A DNA stretch of 64,000 nucleotides from Promethearchaeota archaeon (GCA_030599585.1 JAUVNS010000009.1:64001-128000); one strand, 5' to 3'; shown: positions 49,393-60,694, counted from the stretch's first letter. Notes: generated from the letters alone by a model not told the origin. Numbers and translations are program-made.

Positions 49393-50901
49393 TTATAGAC
49401 TATCAATTTTTGATTTAAGATTTTTCCATTCGAGATAAATTGTTTTAAATTTATCAGAAACACCAGAATCGTTTTTTACATCTTCAAATGCTAAAAGATT
49501 ACTAACGATCGATTTGTAATTGGAATAGTACTTTAAACCTATTAGCGTATTTATTGCAGCACCAATAAATGCTGAATCTCTAATACAGGCAACAGAAATT
49601 TGATTATCTAATATATTAGCTAACATTTTGCAAAACTCATTAGATTTAGCCATCCCACCTGCAACATATGTTTTTGTACTAAGGTCAGTTTGATTGCGTA
49701 GTACTTGATGATTTTCAAATACCCCGAATGCTATGTTTTCAAGAACGCTCCGGGCAAAATTTTCAATTTTGGGGACTTCCTCAGACACCATAATAGGTGG
49801 TTGAAAAATAAAAGCACCTCTCTTAATAGAAGTAGTATTTCTTATATTCATCTTTTCAGGACCCAAGTAGGTGTAAGTCGAAAAAGCTCCTGGCGTTGTT
49901 CTTTTTAGATAATCCTCTATTAAAGAATCAGGATCGTCAGTAAAACTTGATAAAAATGCTTCTTTAAACCAATTATAGGAAGCGCCCGTGTTGCCCGCAT
50001 TGCTTTCAAGTAGCCATTTTCCTTTTATCGAATGGCATGATGTCCAGAAATTACAATTAGGATCAAAAATGGGTTTATTTACAACGAGTTGAAGTGGTGA
50101 TGTAGTACCTAAACTAATGCCTATGTCACCTTCTTCGATTACACCCATACCTATTAAAGTTGCTTGTGTATCTCCGCCCGATTTTACAATTGGAATATTA
50201 TTGAGGTCAATATCGAACCTTTTGTTTAAATTTTCTTTTAATTCGCCCACAATAGTTCCTGAATTAACAATATCTGGAAAAAAATCGGGATCAAAATTGA
50301 AAGTGTCTATTATTTCAGAACTCCATTCTCCTTTTTTAATATCCAGCATTTGGGAGTCAGCTGCAGAGGATAGATCAGAATAAAAATTTCCCGTAAGTTT
50401 GTAGACTAACCAATCATCTAATGTCAATACTTTTTTAATTTTTGCATAAACTTCTTCAGCTTCTTCTTTAAACCACAATAATCTTGCAAGACAAAATAGC
50501 AGAGACGGGCTATGTCCCGTTATTTCAAATAGATCTTTTTCTGAAAAAGCATCATCTATGAGATAGGCGGAATCAATACCACGAATATCGATATTAGGTC
50601 CTCCATACAAGGTGTTTCCTTTTTCGTCTAGAAAAACGGAGGCAATTCGTTGAGTACAGGATGACAAACCTACAATCCTTTTGTTTTTAGAATTGGAAAG
50701 AACAAAATCCATTCCCATAATTACCTTTTTCCAAAGGTCTTCCATATCAAAGCGTTTAGCAAAACCATCTAAATCTTCGTTATAAATTTTTAATTCTTGA
50801 GTGTTATAAATTTTAATTTTTAATTGTTCGGATACTAATCCTACCTTTATTGAATTGGAAGAAATATCTATCGTTAAAATTAAATTTTCATCCTTTTCCA
50901 T
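49393..50901 (-). CDS. FGGY carbohydrate kinase (LsrK/xylulokinase-like)
   Basis: IDISS, GGDTQ, SLGTT, AGGMAKS. Confidence 0.88.
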   Translation of the reverse strand: MEKDENLILTIDISSNSIKVGLVSEQLKIKIYNTQELKIYNEDLDGFAKRFDMEDLWKKVIMGMDFVLSNSKNKRIVGLSSCTQRIASVFLDEKGNTLYGGPNIDIRGIDSAYLIDDAFSEKDLFEITGHSPSLLFCLARLLWFKEEAEEVYAKIKKVLTLDDWLVYKLTGNFYSDLSSAADSQMLDIKKGEWSSEIIDTFNFDPDFFPDIVNSGTIVGELKENLNKRFDIDLNNIPIVKSGGDTQATLIGMGVIEEGDIGISLGTTSPLQLVVNKPIFDPNCNFWTSCHSIKGKWLLESNAGNTGASYNWFKEAFLSSFTDDPDSLIEDYLKRTTPGAFSTYTYLGPEKMNIRNTTSIKRGAFIFQPPIMVSEEVPKIENFARSVLENIAFGVFENHQVLRNQTDLSTKTYVAGGMAKSNEFCKMLANILDNQISVACIRDSAFIGAAINTLIGLKYYSNYKSIVSNLLAFEDVKNDSGVSDKFKTIYLEWKNLKSKIDSL

Positions 50902-50932
50902 AATTCTCAAGAAAATGTTAAGTTATTTAGAT

Positions 50933-51568
50933 CTAAGAAAAATATTTACGAACAACCTCTCCCAACGGAGTTTTTTCTTCAAAAATAATTGCTTGAAATG
51001 AAGATATTTTAGTTCCTTTTATATCTTTCCAAGCGTCAGAAGAAAGCCACGCTTTACTACAGGTATGATTAAGGAAAGTCTCTACATCCCAATTCCTATC
51101 GTGATCTATTGGAACTTGTGGAAGAAGCAATCCTCTTTTCATTCCTCTCTCCACTATAAGTCCATCCCTCCCTATCACAATTTTTTCAAGATATTCATTC
51201 GGAGAGCTAACTTCTAATATCTTTGGAGGAGTTAATATTGAAATTTCAATAGTAATAGTATCCATTTCATCAATAGATACAGATGAGAAACGAGTATCTT
51301 CAGTTGCTGAACTGATTGAAACTTTATGAATAACATCGTATAAAGCAAATTTTGGTTCTATATATCCTATACAACCTCTTAAAGGATTACCTTTCGCATT
51401 ATGAGTATTTAAAGTGACAAATGCTCCATAATTTTCCTTAAATTTTTCTCTTATAACCTCAGGTATCATCATCCCTTCTCTATTCTTAAGAAAATACTTG
51501 ATGTTATCTCTTGCAAATTGTATTAACTCTTTTCCGTCAGTTACGGTGAAGATTTCTTTATCTGCCAT
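50933..51568 (-). CDS. AMMECR1 domain protein
   Basis: GAFVTL, LRGCIG, GRDGL, GLLLPQV. Confidence 0.93.
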   Translation of the reverse strand: MADKEIFTVTDGKELIQFARDNIKYFLKNREGMMIPEVIREKFKENYGAFVTLNTHNAKGNPLRGCIGYIEPKFALYDVIHKVSISSATEDTRFSSVSIDEMDTITIEISILTPPKILEVSSPNEYLEKIVIGRDGLIVERGMKRGLLLPQVPIDHDRNWDVETFLNHTCSKAWLSSDAWKDIKGTKISSFQAIIFEEKTPLGEVVRKYFS

Positions 51569-51629
51569 ATTTTCACTTTAAGATTTTGCATTCAATATAA
51601 TATATGAGATGACAAATTATAATAATTAC

Positions 51630-53024
51630 TTAAATTACTCCTTTAATTATGTTTCCCATAGGATTAGATTCATCAATATTAACCTCTATGCCTCTTAGAA
51701 ACACTTTCCATATGTGAACACTTGTTTGATAATTTTGGAAAGGTGAAAACTTTGCTTTTGATTTGAATTTTTTTGATTCAATAGGATAATCCACTCCACG
51801 ATCTACAATAATTAAATCAGCATCGTATCCCTCTTTAATAAAACCTTTATTATCTAATTTAAAAGTCATCGCTGGATTTTCTGAAGTAATTTTAACGAAT
51901 GATTCTAAAGAAATTTCATTGTTAAAAACTTGATCTAGTACTATTAAAGGATATGACTCAAATCCCGGAAATCCTGAGGGTGCGTCGAGAAACGATTTTT
52001 CTTTCTCTTCAGATGTATGTGGTGCATGATCCGTACCCAATAATTTCACGTTACCTTGTTTAAGCTCCTGAAATAGATAAAAAGCGTGCTTTTTGTCTCT
52101 TAAAGGTGGGAGAACTTTGGCATAATTAGGATTTTCAATCTGAATAGAATCGTTTAATAATAGATGATGTGGTGTTATCTCAAATGTAATATTTAAGGAT
52201 TTATTCGTGCTTAACGCTTTTTTAATCAAGGAGTAGCTATCTCGGCAACTAATATGACAGAAATGGATGATAGGATAATCTTTAGGGATTAAGTCTAAAT
52301 CCACAACAACTTTATAATAATTTTCAAGAATAAAATTCACATATTTAGCTTCCATGTAGGTTGGGTATAATTTATTGTGCAGTTTCAAAAACGGTAATTT
52401 TTCTTCAACACCTTTTTTAAAAATCTTTTCTTTCTCTTCGGCGTTCAAAGGCCAATCAGGATGTACAAAAATCGGAAGTTGGAATTTTGAGGATATATTA
52501 AGAAGTTTTTGAATATTTAAGTGATCTGTCCAATCAATACCGTTTAAAGAATTTAAGGGGTAGATTTTAAAACCTACAACACCTAAGTCAATAATAGAAG
52601 TTATCTCTTCGAAATCGAAATCCCTTGGAATCCCCGCTATAAACCCTACATCTACATGTATTTTATTTTGTGCTTTTTTCATCCATCCTTTAACTTGGTT
52701 TGCACTTACAGCTGGGGGTTTTGTGTTAGGCATAGTGAAAACAGTTGTTATTCCTGAGAAAGCTGCTGCTAAAGTTCCTGTTAAAAAAGTTTCTTTTTCG
52801 CTCTGTTCCATATCCCTTAAGTGGGAATGAATATCAATTATCCCGGGTATAACCGTTCTATTCCCACAATCAATTTCTATTCCGTCTGTGTTTCGATTCT
52901 TTATTAGTTGTAGAGTCTCCTTGGTTACATTGTATGTTACTGTTTTAATAACACCTTCAAGAATTAAAATAACGCCATTTCGAAGCAAACTGTCGTTATA
53001 TATGAGCCCATTTTTTAAGATCAT
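51630..53024 (-). CDS. pyrC: Dihydroorotase
   Basis: DIHSHLR, MPNTKP, EITPHHL, PPLR, TDHAPH. Confidence 0.88.
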   Translation of the reverse strand: MILKNGLIYNDSLLRNGVILILEGVIKTVTYNVTKETLQLIKNRNTDGIEIDCGNRTVIPGIIDIHSHLRDMEQSEKETFLTGTLAAAFSGITTVFTMPNTKPPAVSANQVKGWMKKAQNKIHVDVGFIAGIPRDFDFEEITSIIDLGVVGFKIYPLNSLNGIDWTDHLNIQKLLNISSKFQLPIFVHPDWPLNAEEKEKIFKKGVEEKLPFLKLHNKLYPTYMEAKYVNFILENYYKVVVDLDLIPKDYPIIHFCHISCRDSYSLIKKALSTNKSLNITFEITPHHLLLNDSIQIENPNYAKVLPPLRDKKHAFYLFQELKQGNVKLLGTDHAPHTSEEKEKSFLDAPSGFPGFESYPLIVLDQVFNNEISLESFVKITSENPAMTFKLDNKGFIKEGYDADLIIVDRGVDYPIESKKFKSKAKFSPFQNYQTSVHIWKVFLRGIEVNIDESNPMGNIIKGVI

Positions 53025-53033
53025 CGTTTCCTA

Positions 53034-53672
53034 TCAGTTTTTCAATAATTTCTGCTGATCGTATAAAAAATTTATATATAATATTTTATTTTCAATTCCT
53101 CTTATTTTTGAAAGATCTATATTTTTTAAACTACACTCTTCATTAACTTTTTGTATAAACTTAAGAAAGATGATTGATTCTTGAGAAAATGAAAAAAGAA
53201 AACAAAGTGAGCTATTTTCATCAATGTTCTCTCCATACTTAACATTTTCTTTAGAAATATCAGTAATAAATATCCTATTATCATCAAAGTTAGTATTAAT
53301 GTTTTCCAAAATAAGTTCTGAGCTAAGCAACTTTTTAACACATATCCCTGGAGTTGACTTGATCCAACCTCGATCGTTATAATTTTCATTGTTTTCTATT
53401 TTCATAATAGCTCTCAATAAAAGTAAAGCTTGGGATCTCTCATCAGAACCTAAATATCTCACAGATTTACCTTCAATCTTTATTAAAAGGTGATTTGATT
53501 CAATATATAAGTATAAATTATTAGTTTTTCTTATTGTATAAGAGATACAAAAAGATTCTCTTATAATAGCACATAGCTTATATACATCGAGGGGTGTCTT
53601 TCCTTTATCAATATCGCTTTTGGTATATTTAGTAACACATTCCAAAAATATTAAGAAATCCAATTTTATCAA
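53034..53672 (-). CDS. TrmY-like SPOUT protein with degenerate C-terminus
   Basis: SYTIRK..LYLY..IKIEGKSVRYLGSDERS..STPGI resembles TrmY N-half. Confidence 0.55.
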   Translation of the reverse strand: MIKLDFLIFLECVTKYTKSDIDKGKTPLDVYKLCAIIRESFCISYTIRKTNNLYLYIESNHLLIKIEGKSVRYLGSDERSQALLLLRAIMKIENNENYNDRGWIKSTPGICVKKLLSSELILENINTNFDDNRIFITDISKENVKYGENIDENSSLCFLFSFSQESIIFLKFIQKVNEECSLKNIDLSKIRGIENKILYINFLYDQQKLLKN

Positions 53673-53687
53673 ATCTGAATACTATAC

Positions 53688-55064
53688 TTAGAATTTATTG
53701 CCTTTTCCTAACTTATTCATGAATTGGGCCCCTGCTTTCCCCATTCCCGGGATACCAGGCATTCCTTTTCCCTTTTTTTGCATTTGTAGAGCTTTCTTCA
53801 TGAATTTCTTCATTTGATTATATTGATCAAGCATTCTATTTATTGTAGCGTAATCAGTACCACTCCCAATAGCAATTCTTCTTTTTCGTGTTTTTTTGAT
53901 AATTTTTGGATCGTCTTTTTCTGCTTGAGTTAAAGAATTCAAAACAACTTCCCATTTCTCCAAATTTTTTTCAGCGTCATCAGTTAAAGCCTCAGGAATA
54001 TTACCTCCTCCCATCATTGCTAAGATTTGTTTCATATTTCCAACTTTTTTAATACTTTTCAACTGACTAAGAAGATCGTCCAATGTGAATTTACCTTTCA
54101 TCATTCTCTTAACCAAATCAGGATCGACATCAATCTCCGCTTCTTGTACCCTTTTGACCAATCCCTCTATATCAGGAACGCCTAGTAGAGAGCCTACAAA
54201 TGTTGAAGGGTTAAATTCTTCCAGATCCTCTAATTTTTCACCAACTCCAATAAATCTAATGGATTGATTAGTGGCAGCACAAGCAGATAATGCTCCACCT
54301 CCTTTAGCCGTCCCATCTAATTTGGTAACGATTATACTACCAATATTTGTAGATTTAGCAAATTCTTCTGCTTGCGAATAAGCTTGCTGCCCTAAAGTTC
54401 CATCTATTACTAAAATAACTTCGTTAGGTTTTAAACTTGATTCGATTTTTTCCATCTCTCTCATTAATTCTTTTTCTTCTTTATGTCGGCCAGCCGTATC
54501 TACAATTATTATGTCATGCTCGTCATTTATTGCTTTTTTAGTTTCTCTAACTGCAAGTTTTATCGCATTTTTTTCGTTAGGATTACCATAACATTTTACT
54601 CCAATTTGATCGGTTAACTGTACTAATTGTTCGTAAGCCCCAGGACGCCATGTATCAGTAGTAACTGCAGCTACTTTATATCCTTTATTCTTGTAAAATC
54701 GCGCTAGCTTGCCGATAGATGTAGTTTTACCTGAACCCTGGATTCCAACAAGTAGAATAACATTACTCTTGCCAGGTTTTATTCTTATAGGGGCAGATTT
54801 CCCTCCGATTGTTTTCACTAACTCATCATGAACGAGCTTAATTAAGAAGTCTTTCCTTCTCGCTCGTTTTAAATCCGTGTTCATTGCTTCTTTTTTGATA
54901 TTTTCAGTCATCTGGAAGACTAATTCTACTTTCACATCTGCTCCCAAAAGACTTGTTTGTAGCTCCTTTATTGCCACGTTAATTGCATCCTTATCGATTT
55001 TTGGCAAACCTCGCAATTTTCGCATTATCGATTCTAAATCTTTCCCTAATTTATTAAACGCCAT
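53688..55064 (-). CDS. srp54: Signal recognition particle protein SRP54
   Basis: GIQGSGKTT, DTAGRH, TKLDGTAKGGG, M domain. Confidence 0.96.
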   Translation of the reverse strand: MAFNKLGKDLESIMRKLRGLPKIDKDAINVAIKELQTSLLGADVKVELVFQMTENIKKEAMNTDLKRARRKDFLIKLVHDELVKTIGGKSAPIRIKPGKSNVILLVGIQGSGKTTSIGKLARFYKNKGYKVAAVTTDTWRPGAYEQLVQLTDQIGVKCYGNPNEKNAIKLAVRETKKAINDEHDIIIVDTAGRHKEEKELMREMEKIESSLKPNEVILVIDGTLGQQAYSQAEEFAKSTNIGSIIVTKLDGTAKGGGALSACAATNQSIRFIGVGEKLEDLEEFNPSTFVGSLLGVPDIEGLVKRVQEAEIDVDPDLVKRMMKGKFTLDDLLSQLKSIKKVGNMKQILAMMGGGNIPEALTDDAEKNLEKWEVVLNSLTQAEKDDPKIIKKTRKRRIAIGSGTDYATINRMLDQYNQMKKFMKKALQMQKKGKGMPGIPGMGKAGAQFMNKLGKGNKF

Positions 55065-55217
55065 CGTATTAATGAAATTTTATTTATGTTTTAGTAATGA
55101 AAATAAACAAAAACTAATATTTTTTTTTAATTGATTATAATATAATATAAAAAAAGATATGTGAAAATAATAAACATTACTTAATAACAATACAGAAAAA
55201 AAAGGAGATTTTAGAAT

Positions 55218-55646
55218 ATGAGTATTAGAAGAACTGAAATTCAGAAGTTAAAAACCGGACAGTACATCATGGTTGATGAAGAACCGTGCCAAATTAAAGC
55301 AACTGAAAGAAGTAAATCAGGTAAACATGGACATGCGAAAGTTCGAGTTGTATGTGTCGGAGTGTTCGATAATAACAAGAGATCTCTCACCATACCCTCA
55401 GGGCATATGGTTGAAATTCCAGAGATTCTCAAAGGCACAGCTCAAATTAATTTTATTGAAGATACATCGATTAACATAATGGATCTGGAAACATATGAAT
55501 CTGTGGATGTTAATTGGCCTGCAGATGAAGAATTAAAACAAAAAATAAAAGATTTACAAAAGGATCCGGGTAAAATGTCTTTAGCACAAGTAGAATATTG
55601 GCAACTTGCAGGAAAAACTTTGATAAACAGAGTTATTATTACCTAA
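55218..55646 (+). CDS. eif5a: Translation factor aIF5A
   Basis: SKSGKHGHAK hypusine loop. Confidence 0.95.
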   Translation: MSIRRTEIQKLKTGQYIMVDEEPCQIKATERSKSGKHGHAKVRVVCVGVFDNNKRSLTIPSGHMVEIPEILKGTAQINFIEDTSINIMDLETYESVDVNWPADEELKQKIKDLQKDPGKMSLAQVEYWQLAGKTLINRVIIT

Positions 55647-55756
55647 TAAGCTATTAGAACAGAATAAAGCATAATAATAGATTTTGTTTCCCAAATTTTA
55701 ATATTTCTTATTGTGTATTACTATTCAAGAAAAACTCTTAAAAGAGGCGGAGTGAT

Positions 55757-56683
55757 ATGGAAAAAAAACCAATTTCTTTAGCTTGCAGAATGGACTCAGA
55801 GAGAGCGATTAACTTAACAAAAAAGATTTTCGAATTTTTAGTAAAAAAGGGTGAGATTGTTCAGATGGAGACTAGAATCGCACCTAAAATATTTCCTCAT
55901 AGTGGAATGGATCTAAAGGAAATGACGAAAGATAACACAAAATTTTTAGTCTCTGTAGGGGGAGACGGAACTATATTAAGAGTAGCAGGTGGATTGCCAC
56001 CTAGGAACTCACCACCTATATTAGGCGTTAACATTGGATCCATAGGATTCTTAGATGAAACAAATGAAAGGAATGTTTTTAACGATATAAATCGTGTTTT
56101 AAAAGGAGATTTTTTAATTGAAAAATGCTCTAAATTAACTGCGTTTTTATTAAGGGATTCCGAAGAAATTCGATTGAGTAATGCTCTAAACGAAGTTTTA
56201 ATAATCTCATCAAAGAGTTCAAAAGTTCTTTTGGCGTCTGTAAAAATAAACGGGTGTTATCTCAATCGTAGTTATCTAGATGGAATTATTGTTTCTACTT
56301 CTGTTGGTTCTACTGCTTATAACCTTAGCGCAGGTGGTGCGATTGTTAAATCAACAATGGATATAATGCAAATTACACCGTTAAATAGTTTTGCGCGATC
56401 AGGCTTGAAACCTATCGTACTACCAATAGATAGCGAAGTTGAAATCCAACTCTTAAGACCAAGATTAAGCGCTAAGATTATTATTGATGGCCAAAAAACT
56501 TTAAAAGATGTCCAGCCAAAATCAATAGTTAGAATTCGTAAAGCAAATTCTTATACAAGTTTTATTCGTCTTTCTAAAAGTATTAGCGATAATTATATTA
56601 GAAGATTAAGAAAAAAGATAATTGGAACTATAAAGGTGCCGTTAGACGACAGTCCAGAAGAAGAAATCAATTCTAGTTTTTGA
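55757..56683 (+). CDS. nadK: NAD kinase
   Basis: GGDGT, GSIGFL, ALNE, GSTAYNLSAGG. Confidence 0.93.
   Translation: MEKKPISLACRMDSERAINLTKKIFEFLVKKGEIVQMETRIAPKIFPHSGMDLKEMTKDNTKFLVSVGGDGTILRVAGGLPPRNSPPILGVNIGSIGFLDETNERNVFNDINRVLKGDFLIEKCSKLTAFLLRDSEEIRLSNALNEVLIISSKSSKVLLASVKINGCYLNRSYLDGIIVSTSVGSTAYNLSAGGAIVKSTMDIMQITPLNSFARSGLKPIVLPIDSEVEIQLLRPRLSAKIIIDGQKTLKDVQPKSIVRIRKANSYTSFIRLSKSISDNYIRRLRKKIIGTIKVPLDDSPEEEINSSF
56634..56638 (+). promoter_or_regulatory. Shine-Dalgarno AGGTG 7 nt before ACG of nob1
   Basis: aAGGTGccgttagACGaca. Confidence 0.55.
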
Positions 56684-57200
56684 TACAAATATATTTTTAA
56701 CTGGCGTAGATTTTAATTACTTTCCAGAAAGAATTTTCACAACACCAGAGATTGTGGATGAATTAAAAGTACCAAAATACATCAATCGAAACAGAAATAT
56801 TTTATTTAGAATAGAATTAGCAATTGAGACTGGAAAACTAGTCGTTAAAAGAAGTCAGGATAAGTACTCAAATATAGTTGAGGCAAAATCCAAATCAACG
56901 GGTACTACGAAGGTTTTATCTAAGAACGACATCAATTTAATAGGTTTAGTATTAGAGTTAATGGACACATACCCGGAAGATATCATACTATACACTAATG
57001 ATTATTCCATGGAAAATTTATGTACTATGTTAAAAATTAGGTTCAGACCTCTATATAAAAAAGGAATAGAGGAAAAAATGTACTTCGAAGTATATTGTCC
57101 TTATTGCAAAACCCTATACAAACCAGAAGATTTAGGCAAAAAATGTGAAAGGTGTGGATTGCAACTCAAGAAGCGTTTGCTACAAAAGGAAAAAATATAG
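56646..57200 (+). CDS. nob1: Nob1 PIN-domain rRNA endonuclease; probable ACG start
   Basis: ILVFDTN (upstream of first canonical start 56754), TTPEIVDE, LSKND, TNDYSMEN, CPYC..CERCG. Confidence 0.88.
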   Translation, partial: TTVQKKKSILVFDTNIFLTGVDFNYFPERIFTTPEIVDELKVPKYINRNRNILFRIELAIETGKLVVKRSQDKYSNIVEAKSKSTGTTKVLSKNDINLIGLVLELMDTYPEDIILYTNDYSMENLCTMLKIRFRPLYKKGIEEKMYFEVYCPYCKTLYKPEDLGKKCERCGLQLKKRLLQKEKI

Positions 57201-57257
57201 TGGAAAATATATAGAATAAAATTTAGATTATTATTGGACATAAATTAAAGATAAACC

Positions 57258-58313
57258 ATGGGCACTAAAATAAATGAACTAGTAAAAGAAGTAAGGAGAA
57301 CTATAACTTTTGATAATTTATTAAATAAACAAATTGCTATCGATGCCTTTAACACGATCTACCAGTTCTTAGCTATTATCCGGCAAAGAGATGGAACACC
57401 ACTAAAAGACTACAATGGAAATATAACTTCCCATCTATCCGGATTATTCTATAGAACTATTAATTTTTTAGAGCATAGTATAAAACCTATTTATGTGTTT
57501 GATGGAATTCCTTCTGAGTTAAAAATGGAGACTATAAAAGAAAGAAGAAAAATCAAAGAAGTGGCAAAGAAGAAGATGATCAAAGCACAAGAGGATGGAG
57601 ATTATAGAGAAGCTAAAAAATATGCTCAGATGACTTCCAAATTGGATGCTACTATGATTGAGGAAAGTAAGAAATTATTAAAATATCTTGGAATACCCAT
57701 CGTTGATGCTACTTCTGAAGGTGAAGCTCAATCTGCTTTTTTAGTCGAAAAAGGAGATGCATGGGCATGCGCTTCTCAAGATTACGATACATTACTCTTT
57801 GGTGGAGAGAGGTTAATACGAAATTTTGCTGTGAGCCGGAGTAAGAAACTTAAAAACACAACCGTTACACTTGATATCGAGTACATCTCCCTATCAAAAT
57901 TTCTTGAAAATTTACACATAACACGCGAACAGCTAGTAGAAATGGGAATATTAATAGGAACGGATTTCTATCCAGGTATTAAAGGGATTGGACAACATAA
58001 AGCTCTCGAACTTATTAGAAAGCACGGTTCATTAGATAATATCATAAATAATAAAGTTAAAGTTGGGAATATTGCTATTCAAGTTGATAGAAGTACTATT
58101 GAACAAATAAAAGAGATCTTTTTATACCCAAATATAAAAAAAGACTATCCAAAGATAACCTGGGAAAAAAGTAAATACGAAAAAGTCGAAGAACTTCTGA
58201 TAGAACAACACAATTTTTCAAGGCAAAGGGTTGAAAACGCGATTGAACGCTTAAAAAAACAAACTTCCTCCAAAACACAAGTTTCATTAGATAGTTTCTT
58301 CAAAAAAAATTAA
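57258..58313 (+). CDS. fen: Flap endonuclease 1
   Basis: IDAFNTIYQFL, SHLSGLFYRT, SEGEAQ, SQDYD, C-terminal PIP box QVSLDSFF. Confidence 0.97.
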   Translation: MGTKINELVKEVRRTITFDNLLNKQIAIDAFNTIYQFLAIIRQRDGTPLKDYNGNITSHLSGLFYRTINFLEHSIKPIYVFDGIPSELKMETIKERRKIKEVAKKKMIKAQEDGDYREAKKYAQMTSKLDATMIEESKKLLKYLGIPIVDATSEGEAQSAFLVEKGDAWACASQDYDTLLFGGERLIRNFAVSRSKKLKNTTVTLDIEYISLSKFLENLHITREQLVEMGILIGTDFYPGIKGIGQHKALELIRKHGSLDNIINNKVKVGNIAIQVDRSTIEQIKEIFLYPNIKKDYPKITWEKSKYEKVEELLIEQHNFSRQRVENAIERLKKQTSSKTQVSLDSFFKKN

Positions 58314-58400
58314 AATTTATCTTCAAAAAAAAGCAAAAATTTTTACAAAATTATTCTTTTATATTTTTATAATACTCAAAATAGTATTAAAGGTCCTAAT

Positions 58401-60623
58401 ATGTCAATAAAAGAGAATAACTCAAATGGCAAGGAAAATCTTAAAGTATCATTACGAGTGCAAGAAGCAAAAAAAAGGGATATTGGTCGAAATATAGCTA
58501 GAATTGATCAGGAAACCATGGAAAGGTTAGATATAAAAACAGGTGACGTTATCGCCCTTGTTGGAAAGAAAGAGAGTGCTGGAATAGCTTGGCCCAGTTA
58601 TCCGCAAGATAGTGGTTTAGGGATCATACGTATTGACTCCAGATTGAAAAAGAATATCGGAACGAGTATAGACGAAACGATTCAAATCAAAAAAGTAAAA
58701 GTTCATTCCGCTCAAAATATCGTTCTAGCACCAATTAGTGTTAAAATAAAATCAAACCCAAGGTTTGAAACCTTCGTTAAACGAAAATTGAGTAATTATC
58801 CTGTTACTATTGACGATTTCATATTTATATCAATAGGGATCAGCCGGGAAATTACTTTTAAGGTCATAAGTATGAGACCGAGTGGAATTTGTACCATTAA
58901 GCCAGAAACATCTCTCCACATTAGCGAACACATTACTGAAGATGAAGAGCGGGGGACCGATTATGTTACGTACGAAGATGTTGGAGGTTTAGATCGTGAA
59001 ATACAAAGAGTTAGAGAAATGGTTGAGCTCCCATTAAGACATCCTTCATTATTTAAGCGTTTAGGTATTGACCCTCCAAAGGGGGTTTTATTAAGAGGAC
59101 CTCCAGGGTGTGGCAAAACTCTATTAGCTAAAGCCGTGGCAAACGAAAGCGAAGCCTATTTTATTTCAATAAATGGACCAGAAATAATGAGCAAGTTTTA
59201 TGGTGAGTCAGAAAAAAAATTACGTAAAATATTCATTGAGGCGGAAGAAAAAAGTCCTTCAATAATTTTTATTGATGAAATTGATGCTATCGCTCCTAAA
59301 AGAGAAACCGTTACAGGAGAAGTTGAAAGAAGGGTTGTCGCTCAATTATTAGCATTAATGGATGGGTTGCATAGTAGAGGTAAAGTAATAGTTATAGGCG
59401 CAACAAATAGACCAAATAGTTTAGACCCTGCATTAAGACGCCCTGGTAGATTTGATCGTGAAATAGAGATAAAAGTACCCAATGAAAAAGGAAGGAGAGA
59501 AGTTTTTCAAATTCACACGAGGAACATGCCCCTCGATAAAAAAATATCATTAAAAGAATTTGCAAACATAACTCATGGATTTGTAGGAGCAGACATTTCC
59601 GCAGTCTGTCGAGAAGCAGCAATGTCTGCCCTTAGAAGATATTTACCACAAATTAATTTGGATTCTGAAATTATTGATCCTGAGTTATTAGAACAAATAG
59701 AAGTTACCAAAGCAGATTTTGAGGAAGCTTTAAAAGAAGTAATGCCATCTGGAATAAGAGAAGTGTTCGTCGAAATACCAAATGTCACTTGGGAGCAAAT
59801 AGGTGGATTGGAAGATTTAAAGCAAAAGTTGATAGAATCTGTTGATTGGCCTTTATCTCATCCTAAAATATTCAAGCGAATGGGAATAAATCCTCCAAGA
59901 GGAATCTTACTATATGGCCCCCCTGGATGTGGAAAGACGCTTTTAGCTCGTGCAGTAGCAACCGAAACTAAAGCAAATTTTATATCAATTAAGGGACCTG
60001 AATTGCTATCAAAATATGTTGGAGAAAGCGAAAAAGCAATTCGTGAGGTATTCCGAAAAGCTAAAATGGCAGCGCCATGTATCATATTTTTTGATGAATT
60101 TGATTCGATAGCTCCAACTAGAGGTAGGCACACTACCGATTCAGGAACTTCAGAAAAAGTTCTCTCACAATTTTTAACTGAGTTGGATGGACTGGAAGTA
60201 AAAAAAGATATTATAGTGATTGCTGCTACAAACCGCCCCGACATTTTAGACCCTGCTTTAATAAGACCGGGAAGAATTGACAGAATACTCCTCGTTCCCG
60301 CTCCTGATGAAGATGAAAGACAACAAATACTAAAGATTTTTACCAAAGACATGCCTTTAGCAGCTAATATTGATTTAAATGAATTAAATAAGAAGCTAGA
60401 CGGTTTCACTGGAGCAGATATAGAAACTTTATGCCGTGAAGCTGGCATGATTGCTTTAAGAGAAAATTTGAGAGCAAGGAAAATTACTGAGGAACACTTT
60501 ATAATGGCAATAGAATCGCTTTACCCAAGTATTACGGCAGAAATAATTAAATGGTATGAAGATTTTGGAAAAAAATTAAAAAGTAGAATCATTCAACAAT
60601 CAGAAGATCAGATGGTTTCGTAA
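58401..60623 (+). CDS. cdc48: Cdc48/VAT double AAA+ ATPase
   Basis: N-domain + two [11 protein letters not shown] modules. Confidence 0.96.
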   Translation: MSIKENNSNGKENLKVSLRVQEAKKRDIGRNIARIDQETMERLDIKTGDVIALVGKKESAGIAWPSYPQDSGLGIIRIDSRLKKNIGTSIDETIQIKKVKVHSAQNIVLAPISVKIKSNPRFETFVKRKLSNYPVTIDDFIFISIGISREITFKVISMRPSGICTIKPETSLHISEHITEDEERGTDYVTYEDVGGLDREIQRVREMVELPLRHPSLFKRLGIDPPKGVLLRGPPGCGKTLLAKAVANESEAYFISINGPEIMSKFYGESEKKLRKIFIEAEEKSPSIIFIDEIDAIAPKRETVTGEVERRVVAQLLALMDGLHSRGKVIVIGATNRPNSLDPALRRPGRFDREIEIKVPNEKGRREVFQIHTRNMPLDKKISLKEFANITHGFVGADISAVCREAAMSALRRYLPQINLDSEIIDPELLEQIEVTKADFEEALKEVMPSGIREVFVEIPNVTWEQIGGLEDLKQKLIESVDWPLSHPKIFKRMGINPPRGILLYGPPGCGKTLLARAVATETKANFISIKGPELLSKYVGESEKAIREVFRKAKMAAPCIIFFDEFDSIAPTRGRHTTDSGTSEKVLSQFLTELDGLEVKKDIIVIAATNRPDILDPALIRPGRIDRILLVPAPDEDERQQILKIFTKDMPLAANIDLNELNKKLDGFTGADIETLCREAGMIALRENLRARKITEEHFIMAIESLYPSITAEIIKWYEDFGKKLKSRIIQQSEDQMVS

Positions 60624-60694
60624 AATTAATTTATTTGATATTATTATATTATTGGAACTAATTATAAATTAAATTTAGTATAAGGTGTTTTATC

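Noticed and set aside
59858-60448. Long antisense ORFs (this one and others such as 14274-14726, 15714-16037, 32279-32644)
   Set aside because: Shadow frames of well-supported genes with no motifs of their own
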